From positions 9,114,001 to 9,178,000 of the forward strand of contig NC_043004.1 in assembly GCF_006345805.1 (NCBI RefSeq): 64,000 bases of DNA, in the 5' to 3' direction. The translations under genes and the position numbers were made by a program. Positions 54,489 to 64,000 of this stretch are shown here, piece by piece (the first letter of the stretch is position 1; each line of letters begins with the position of its first letter). The notes under the pieces were generated by a model. It searched no databases and was not told where the DNA came from. It saw only the letters and a list, made by a program, of their open reading frames with translations. Origin of the DNA: Octopus sinensis. Lineage: Eukaryota.

Positions 54489-54577
54489 TAAATAGTACTG
54501 CTAACACAACGGTAACAATAGTAACAATAATGATAATGATGATGACAACAGCAACAACAACAATAATAACAACAATG

Positions 54578-54611
<34 letters not shown>

Positions 54612-54632
54612 TAATAATAATAATAATAATAA

Positions 54633-55045
54633 TGAGGCGCAGGAGTGGCTGTGTGGTAAGTAGCTTGCTAACCAACCACATGGTTCCGGGTTCAGTCCCA
54701 CTGCGTGGCATCTTGGGCAAGTGTCTTCTGCTATAGCCCCGGGCCGACCAATGCCTTGTGAGTGGATTTGGTAGACGGAAACTGAAAGAAGCCTGTCGTA
54801 TATATGTATATATATATGTGTGTGTTTGTGTGTCTGTGTTTGTCCCCCTAGCATCGCTTGACAACCGATGCTGGTGTGTTTACGTCCCCGTCACTTAGCG
54901 GTTCGGCAAAAAAGAGACCGATAGAATAAGTACTGGGCTTACAAAGAATAAGTCCCGGGGTCGAGTTGCTCGATTAAAGGCGGTGCTCCAGCATGGCCGC
55001 AGTCAAATGACTGAAACAAGTAAAAGAGAAAAGAGAAAGAGAATG
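54633..55045 (+). mobile_element. Full-length tRNA-derived SINE (family A)
   Basis: Same head, body and tail as 8761-9172. Confidence 0.9.
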
Positions 55046-55151
55046 ATAAAATAGTACTGATAACACAACAGTAAAAATAGTAACAATAATGATAATGATG
55101 ATGATAACAACAGCAACAATAACAATAATAACAAAAACAACGACAACAACA

Positions 55152-55196
<45 letters not shown>

Positions 55197-55275
55197 TAAT
55201 AATGATAATAATGATAATGATAATAGTAATAATAATATAATGATGATAATAGTAATAATAATGATAATAATAATA

Positions 55276-55337
<62 letters not shown>

Positions 55338-55498
55338 TAATTATGATGAGGATGATGATGATGATGATTATGATGATAATAACAATGAAAGTAAGCTATG
55401 TCTTTATGTAAGCCATCACAGAAAACTAAGATTTTTTCTTATATGGAATATATATATATATATTGTTATTATCATCATCATCATCATCATCATAATTA

Positions 55499-55554
<56 letters not shown>

Positions 55555-55555
<1 letters not shown>

Positions 55556-58500
55556 TTTTTTTTTTCTTCTTTCAAATTTTCTTCCATTTCTTGCCGAGTG
55601 TCTTCCCGACTCCTAGGCAAAGAAACTCATAGTGTATATTGGTAGGCCATTAAACCAAACTCAGTAGTTCGTTCATTTTTTTTTTTTTTAAAGTTAATTA
55701 AAATGCATGAGCAGCAACAGTTCTCACATCGACAATGCTCTTCTCAATACGTTTGATGTACCAGTTAGACAATCTTTTGCACTTCTTGCAGGGATGGTAA
55801 GCCAGGGATCATTCTCATATAATTTTCGGTTCCCTTCTTGATCATTCCTAGTGCTCTTACGATACTGGTATTGTAACCGCCTTGAGATGCCACATTTTCT
55901 CAATTTCAATGAGTAGGTCTTTATATTTTCTGAGCTTGTCAACTCTTTCGCTGAGATATTATGATCACAGGGGATGTTCATGTCGATCAATAAGCAAACT
56001 TTATTGTTTTGGTCTTTCAAACAATATCTGGTTTATTGGCCTTGATGGTTCGGTCTGTATGAACTGGAAAGTCCCACAGAATCGTTACATTTTCTCCTTC
56101 AGTTACAGCCTCAGGGTGGTGATTATACCACTTGTCGGCAGTTTTGTATTGTAATGCCGACTTATTAGCCAGTGGAGATATGGCCAACTCTGTCATGTCT
56201 TAATTTATACTCCACTGGTGCTAAGACTTTACATCCAGAGATTAGGTGGTCCACTGTTTCAATCATGTCGTTGCAGAATCGGCATTTGGTGTCTGCTCCA
56301 TTTTTCATCACATTGGCCTGGTAGTTCCGGGTTGATAGGCTTTGGTCTTGAGCAGCCAGGATGAAACCTTCGCTCTCTGCTTTTAGCCCTGAGCTCCGCA
56401 GCCACTGATGGGTTTGCTTCTGGTCAACATCAGCTTGTTTGCTGCGGGTCACATATTTGCCGTGCAGAGGTTTCTCCTCCCACCTATCAGCCAATTGCTC
56501 GTGCGCTTTTTTCATTGCCATCATTTTCACCTTCTTTGCAGCAATAGTTGCCGTACTTCCCTCGGGTTGTTCAGTTTGGGTATCCTGCACGAGATCAATA
56601 GCAAATTTTTTGCTTTCCTTGATGATAGAATGAAGCTTCTTTCGTCTCTCGTGATTTTCCCGAGCTTTAGCATCCAGTCATTCGATATTTCGAGATATTT
56701 GGCCAGTCCAATTGTGGTTGTTTTGTAAGCTAGTTCAAATTGGATCAGGCCTCGACTTCCTTGGGCTCTGGGAAGGTAAAGGCGATCTACGTCTTCCTTT
56801 GGGGGTGCATCCTATTACAACTCAGCAGCTTGCGTATTTTTCTATCTATATTCTTTACTTCACTCATATTCCAGTTCAACACATTGTAGCTATAAGTAAC
56901 AACTGGAACTGCTAGGGAATTTATAGCTAACACCTTGTTACGTGCATTTAGTCAGATTTCAGGACTGCACGAACTCTCCTATAACATTCCTTCCTGATTT
57001 TCTCTTTCATGCTTGCATGCTGAATACCAGAGCCTTCATTTATCCCTAAATATTTGTATGTTTGTTCTTGCTCAAGCTCTCTTATGACTGTGTCAACATC
57101 TAACACGACTGAATTTGTGGTCTTCACTTTCCCTTTCTGGAAAGTGGCCTTGGCACACTTCTCAAGTCCAAACTCCATCCCGATGTCATCGCTGAATGAT
57201 TTCACGGTGCGCAATAGGCCTTCAAGTTCATTATTGTTTTTACTATAAAGTTTTAAGTCATCCATATAAAATAGATGGCTTATTTTTTTATTGGCAATTT
57301 TATACCCATACCCTGTTCTGTTTAATTCACTTGTAAGGGGTATTAGGGCTATGCAGAATATTAAAGGTGAAAGTGAGTCACTTTGAAAAATTCCACAGTT
57401 GATGTTTATATTTTCTGAGGCAAGTACTCCATTAGAGTGGTATAATTGGAGATTCGTATTCCACAACGACATATTGTGCTTCAGGAAGTTTGAAAAATCA
57501 CAGGGGAAATTTTGAAGATGTCCAGCGATCTCAAGATCCATGGATGCGGTATACTGTCGAAGGCCTTTTTATAGTCAATCCATGCGGTGCTGAGATTTCT
57601 GCGCTTGTTGTGACAGTTCTCAAGGATCATACGATTGATTAGCAGTTGATCTTTGCATCCGTAAGAGCCTCGGCGGCACCCTTTTTGTTCAATGGGGAAA
57701 ATATCGTTCTTCTCCATGAATGCATATGTTTTCTCCGCCAGGATAGATGTTAGGATTTTATACGTGGTGGATAGACAGGTTATAGGCCGATAGTTTTTTG
57801 GAAGGTTGGTTTCGTTATTCTTTGGGAGTAGGTAAGTAATGCCACTTGCTAACCATTCAGGTGTTTTCGTTGGGTCTCTCATAATTCCATTGAGCAGCTG
57901 AACTAGCTTACCGTGTGCGCACGGGAGCGATGCGAGCCAGAAATTCGGCACCCTATCTTTACCGGGGGATTTCCAATTATGGGCCTTCGTGAGTGCCTTT
58001 CTTAGGTCTGCTATTGTGATGTCTTCCCATGCTTGTTGTTGTAAATTTTGGTAGGATCCTTCAGTTTGTATAATCCAGTCTGCATTTATGTGTACGTCTT
58101 CTTGTCACTCCAAATCCTTTTCCAAAAGTTTTGAACTTCTTCCATGGGAGGGGGTCTTTAACGGTTACTTTCTCCTTCCCTATTTCTCTGTAGAATTTTT
58201 TGGCATTGGATGTGAACAGCTTATTTTGCTTGTAAAACTTGTTTCTCTTCTCAAATCTTCGTATTCTTTGGGCTTTTGCTTGGACTTTTTGTTTCAGCGT
58301 TTCTTTTATTGATATCAGTTCTTCTCTTGGTGAGGATCCAAATTTTCTCTTCATCTTTCTTCCTGTTCTGGATCTTACATCATTTCCACATTAGTTCATT
58401 TAATATTGATATTTCCCCTCTCATAAATTCAATCTCTTTTTCAATTTTACTTCTCCGGGTTTGATTTCTTCCCAGGTTTTGTTTTCTTTGTTTTTTCGGG

Positions 58501-59405
58501 GGCATACAGCTGGTTTCAATTGCCCTAGCAGAAGCGTAAATAATTTCATTTAACTCAGTAAAATCAGGTTTTAATTCTCGTATTATTCATTTGTTACATA
58601 GTTGCCAATTTAGATTTGTTTTTTATTTTGGTTTGTATTTGAGAGTTATGAAGCGGTTCTCTATCATTCATACTTGTATGTCTTACAACTTGAAGCGTAT
58701 TCAGGATTTTCTGCCTCATTTCTGCTATAGACTCTCTGTGTTCTTCAGCAAATGCGAGATCTTCAGTTACTGTTGTTCTTTCGTTTTCCTGGCTATCTTT
58801 AACAGGTACAATAGAATTTCTTGTATCTTCAGGCCTTGCGTACTTTGGTCAGATGGCAGTCTTTCAATTAAGCCTCGTGGCGGGCTATACTGTTCATCTG
58901 ATTCTTCATTTCCTTTGTGCCTTATATTTATGTCATTTTCCGTTGCGTGCTTGATCGCGCTTATTTCACTGTCTGTGAGTCTGTTATTTCTAAGATATCC
59001 CTCCTCACATTTGCTAATTTGTTCTCGTCCAAATAGGGCCTACTGTCTTGATTCCGTGTTCTCCATATACTGTAAGAGTTTGCGGTGTGTCTCTCTTCAG
59101 ATGGCCTACCTAATGCATAGTAATAAGCGTATATTACTTCTTTATACTCTTCTCGGGTCCATTTGTTCCGCTTACATTTTCTTTCTGTGGTGGTGTGGTG
59201 GTGAACTTGGAGGGCTCGAGTTGGGGGATTTCCCGTTCAAGTGACCATCCATGTCCGTATTCGGAGAAGAGTTTGTGCCAGTTGATGACTTTTCGATCCC
59301 AGGCTGGCTCTTCCCTGGGGGACGCGCTTCCAGATTAACCATAGGACAAGCGATTTGGTATACTGATTTAGTTTTCCTTTTAGTTTCCAAAAACATTTGG
59401 TGCTA
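55555..59405 (-). mobile_element. Near full-length R4/Dong-like non-LTR retrotransposon (RT + CCHC + REL endonuclease), frameshifted
   Basis: NYRPITCL, QKGCRRGSYGCKDQLL, WIDYKKAFDSIPH, GIFQSDSLSP, YMDD (57257-68), GMEFGLEKCA, GFILAAQDQ, CRFC...ETVDHLISGC..RHD, WDF..TD...NKPD. The 3' end runs into (TAA)n. The frame is split over at least 5 ORFs. Confidence 0.92.
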
Positions 59406-59712
59406 CGATAATGTTATCATTTTTTAGCTTGATTGGCTCGTGGGGAGACGGCCATCATTGCCGTTACAATTATAATCGTACCATTATAGCAGCCGTAGTC
59501 GGCTTATTATTGTTATTATCATCACCATTACCATCACTATCATCATTATCGCCACCATTACATCATCATTATCTCATCACCATCACCATCACCACCATCA
59601 TCATCAATGATATTGTTTTATGTGTAGTCACAGCAGTATCTTATTATTGTTATTTTGTTTTATTATTATGTATGATTATTATCATCATCATTCTGATTAT
59701 CTTATTATTATG

Positions 59713-59744
<32 letters not shown>

Positions 59745-59919
59745 CATTCATATATTATTTTATTATTATATTATATTATATTATTATTATATCATCATTA
59801 TTATTAGTATTTATTATATTATTATTATGTATTATTATTATATTATTATTATTACATTATTATTATATCAGTCATATTATTATATATATGTATATATATA
59901 TGTATGTAAGTATATAAAG

Positions 59920-59966
<47 letters not shown>

Positions 59967-60049
59967 ATATGGTATATATAATATATGTATGTTAATATTA
60001 TATATATATATATATAATACATATATATGTGTGTGGTGCATGTGTGTGG

Positions 60050-60080
<31 letters not shown>

Positions 60081-60779
60081 AAAGTAGCTTGCTTCAGATG
60101 CGCCACCACAGCAACTCGTGCCCCAAAATGTAAACGCAAAGACTGCAATATTTCTATACGGAAGTTTCAAATCTGGGAGTAAAATTTTAAAATTTTAATT
60201 TTAATTCCATATACATCCATATCTATACAAGACCTCTCTATACAAGCACTTTGCTATTTGTTCTCGGTCTCCCGCTTATACATCAATAATAATAATAATG
60301 AATACGAGAGAAGCAGCAACACATGTCCATGGGCAGTGTTCAGTCAAAATGTAAACGCTGTAAAGTTGGACCCATACGAAAACTAACGAAAACCAAAACG
60401 TACGATGGACAGATAACCACGAATACTTGGAAATGGTTGATTTATGATTTACTCACACTACTATGCAACACTCCTCCACCAACATACAAGAATAAACGCA
60501 TACAGTAAACACCCAACAAAATGAGCAAAGGCCACAATATGTCCCATAGAAGGCCGATACCAGTCAGAAGAACTCGACCTGCACTGCACAAAGAACACAT
60601 AATACAGAAACTAATACAACAGAAGACTCAAACCAAACCCCATAACAAAACATACTGATGCAATGCAATATCCCCCACCACCAGAAAAATGCAGCACACA
60701 CCACCTCACCAGCACAAAGATGCAACAAATGGTGCAATAAAAAGTTGCTTGAAACTATCAAATGTTGCAAAATAATAAT

Positions 60780-62790
60780 GGTGATGACGTTGGTGAGGAA
60801 CGTTATATTACCTCAGTTTATGGGAGACAGGAGTTTCCGTAGGAACTCTGTAAATGAAGCTGAACCTTTAAGCGAAGGCCTCTCGCTCGGCAGTGGTTCA
60901 GTAAATATGTAAACTGACAACAGCTGTTATCCTAAGACACCATCAACAGATAATAGAGCTAGGAGGAGGAAGTGAACCAACGAAGAAAACAGGATAGTGA
61001 TGCAGTGCTACTTGGAAAGTGAATTTCAAAGAAGGAGCGATAGAAAACGGATGTTAACACTTTGGGTAGAGAAGGGTACGTTTTAAGTGACTGAGCAGAG
61101 ATTAGTTGATCAAGCTAATGGTATTAAGAGAAGAAAGTGGATGACAGAATTGAAGGTAGAAAAGATCACAAGAGAACTGGAAAAGAAAGACCAAGCAGTA
61201 GGAAAGACAAACAACATAAAAGATACATCTCAAACCAAAGAAGAACCTAAAGGCAAAAATAATAATAGTGCTACCAAAAAGGAAGGGACAACTAGCAGCA
61301 ACGACTTAAGTGATTTAAGTGAGGAAGATCAGAAGATTTTAGATGAGTTGCAGGAAATAATGAGTAAAGAAGTACGAAAAAGATTGCCAGCATTAAAAGG
61401 CAGCAACAGAAGGAAGTTACAAGAAATGACTAGGCGAATAGATTCTGCTATCAGTAGGATAGATACTAAAAATATACGAGACACTAACTTATTGATTTAT
61501 GTAGGAGGGTTTGCAGTTACTAGAAGATTAGATATTCCACAATGAAAGATAAAAAAAGGAGCAAATGTGGAAAATGAGATTACAGAATAAAGAGAAGAGT
61601 TCTGAGTAGAATAGTAGCCTGAAAACTGAATAATTTAGGAAACACAAGATGCAAATCTTTTCTTGAGAAAAGATGCTTAGTTAAAGATTTGGAACAGTCA
61701 TAGTAGAGTTGAAACAACTTATCATAGCAGTAGCAGGTAAGCTATTCAGATATCATAAAAGAATAGATCGGTATTAACAGAATAGATTATTTGAGACAGA
61801 CCAGAAGAGATTTTATAACCAAATAAATAGTGGAGAACGAAGTACTGAAGACCAGAAACCTAATGCAGAAGAAGCTAGAAAGTTCTGGACTAATATTTAG
61901 GATAAGCCAGTCAATCATAATGGAGATGGAGTATAGTGAAAGAAAGTGAGGGGAGAAATAGTGAGTGAGAAGCAGCCAAATCTAAGACTAACTAGTGCAT
62001 TAAAGAGTAAAGTGTTAGGAAAATGCTGAAACGGAAGGGCCCATGACCAGATTTAGTTCAGGGGTACTGGCTAAATAAATTCAGTAGTTTACATGGGAGG
62101 CTGAAAGAACAACTCCAAGATTGTCTTAATGTAGGAATAATACCAGATTGGATGACTAAAGGGAGGACAATACTCCTTATGAAGTATAAGAGCAAGAGTA
62201 ATACAGCTAGCAACTATAGACCAATCAATTGCTTACCATTAGAGTGGAAGCTGTTAACAGGAATACTTTCAGAAAGTATTTACGAGCACCTTGACAAGCA
62301 GAATTTACTCTCAGAATAACAAAAAGGCTAGAGGAATGCATGATCTACTACATAAAAACAAAACAGTTCTAAATAAAGTCAAAGCTACGAAGAAAATCTA
62401 ATAGCATGGATGGATTATAGGAAATCCTCTGACATTGTCTCACACGCATGGATAAGTGAATATTTGAGTATATTCGGTATAGCAGACAACATAAGAGAAT
62501 TAATTAGTTTTAGCATGAAGAAATGGAAATAACATCGCTATTCAGGTGACACACTCTTAGGGAAAGCTAATATCAAAAGAGGAATTATCCAGGGGGACTC
62601 GTTGTCCCCTTTAATATTTGTCTTTTGTTTGATCCCCCTCAGTTTAGAATTAAGGAAGGCAAAGGCAGGATAACAGGTCAGAAATAGTAATGGAAAAATT
62701 AACCATTTGCTCTACATGGATGATCTGAATATTTTCAGTAAGAATGAATAAGAAATAGATTCCTTAATAAAGACTGTAAGACTCTTGAGA
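60780..62790 (+). mobile_element. R4/Dong-like element, N-terminus to RT, heavily decayed and 3' truncated
   Basis: VMQCY..RKRM..W..VTEQRLVDQA N-terminal motif, WMTKGRTILL..NYRPINCLPL.WKLLTG, QGDSLSPL, YMDD at 62713-24. Confidence 0.85.
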
Positions 62791-62809
62791 AGGGGACAGC
62801 AATAACCGT

Positions 62810-63760
62810 TTCTTTGCTAAATGCTGCCGTGTCGATAAACATCGAGGAAAGCTCGAAAATCCTCGAAGCCTATCACACCAAACAAGAGAACTGATCCGGG
62901 ATAACCATAGAACTCTTCATACAAATGACACAAAAGAATGTGGATCTCATCCCGGACCAGATCTTTTTTCCTGGAGGCAGCATTAGTCCAGTCAGGGTAG
63001 ACGGAAGGAAAGCAAAGTGCTACATTTCTTTTTCGACTAACCATTTAAAAGCCTTCTGTCCGAGGCTGAAGGAAAAAGAGAGACGGGCCGCTCACCTCCC
63101 TTACTCCAAAACGGCTACCAGAACTCCAGTGATAACAGCAGCAGAACCATCACAGTCAACAGATTCAGCATTGGTACCACCAGCACCAACACCAACAGCC
63201 ACACCGACACCAAGTTTCCCCCAAACACTTCTCAGCGCCCGAAGATATTCCACACTTCCCGATGCGGATCGGATGGACATCAGAGGTGGAGAGTCGGACG
63301 ACGATGAAGAGTGGAAGATGAAAACTAAAAAAACAAAAAGAAATGAAGAGACAGAAAGTAAAACAAACATATGGACAAGAAACAAGCCTCTTCCACCCAA
63401 GAAGTACAAAGAAAACAAGCAAAACAACAAAAATAAATACATCCAAAACAATCACCGCCTCTAACACCCGAAACACAAGCCATCCCACACAGGCAACCAC
63501 AACCACGACCACAACCACTACCACCACCACAACAACCACAACAGCAACAGCAAACACAAAGACACTAACATTACAAACTGCATGGCAATAAGCACACGAA
63601 AAACAATGAATTAATGAAGTACCTAATGACACACACAAACATTACTGCAGAAGATTTTGTCACATCCACAATCTCTCAACCTGCACACATACAAATCATT
63701 CAAACAACACAAAGTACATGCACACATTTAAAAACCCAATTCCCACAGGAAATCGAAGAT
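62810..63760 (+). mobile_element. LINE ORF1 (gag-like, Tx1/L1-type) fragment
   Basis: ORF 62925-63464 contains VRVDGRKAKCYISFSTNHLKAFCP, a Cx2Cx4Hx4C knuckle with the second Cys lost, followed by a low-complexity P/T and acidic/basic tail. Confidence 0.65.
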
Positions 63761-63776
63761 TTTCGAGGAAATGTCA

Positions 63777-64000
63777 CCAATGGCCCAGTGGTTAGGGCAG
63801 CGGAGTATCGCGGTTTCGATTCCCAGACCGGGCGTTGTGTGTGTTTATTGAGTGAAATCACCTAAAAAGCTCCACGAGGCTCTGGCAGGGGGTGGTGATC
63901 CCTGCTGTACTCTTTCACCACTCTTTCTCCCACTCTTTCTTCTGTTGGCCTGCTCGCTTAGCCAGCGGGGTGGCGTCATTCAAAAGCTAAAACAATAAAA
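63777..64000 (+). mobile_element. tRNA-derived SINE (family C), may run off window
   Basis: A box TGGCCCAGTGG and B box GGTTTCGATTCC, but no tRNA cloverleaf. Confidence 0.65.

Noticed and set aside
60300-60730. Possible L1/Tx1 C-terminal remnant (CPIEGRYQSEELDLHC)
   Set aside because: Similarity is too weak to list as a feature without a search.
63777-63830. tRNA gene (also the SINE heads at 9172, 38687 and 54633)
   Set aside because: A/B boxes are present but there is no cloverleaf, and each continues into a SINE body.

Overview
This is eukaryotic, AT-rich, microsatellite-saturated non-coding DNA. It is most consistent with an Octopus (cephalopod) intron or intergenic region; that is inferred from the tRNA-derived SINE families and the (TA)/(CA)/(GATA)/(ATT) density. 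I recognise no host protein-coding gene, and almost all ORFs in the supplied track are translations of microsatellites. The window holds many retroelements: R4/Dong-like restriction-like-endonuclease (REL) retrotransposons nested in (TAA)n arrays (13.2 kb and 48.5-62.8 kb, one near full length at 55.6-59.4 kb), Tx1-like LINE pieces, RTE LINE pieces, several SINE families, a mariner remnant, a complete non-autonomous Helitron and Penelope-like elements (PLEs). The strongest unannotated signal is a set of type I hammerhead ribozyme (HHR) folds. Two apparently intact 86-nt copies sit in an inverted repeat around an uninterrupted GIY-YIG reading frame (36.2-37.0 kb). Several more variant or decayed HHR folds occur in short (TA)n-associated elements. 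Other notable items are a ~550-bp TAA-associated non-autonomous element with a possibly 5S-derived head, a 70-bp dual-hairpin tandem array fused to an RTE 3' end, and a few GC-richer unique islands that look regulatory.
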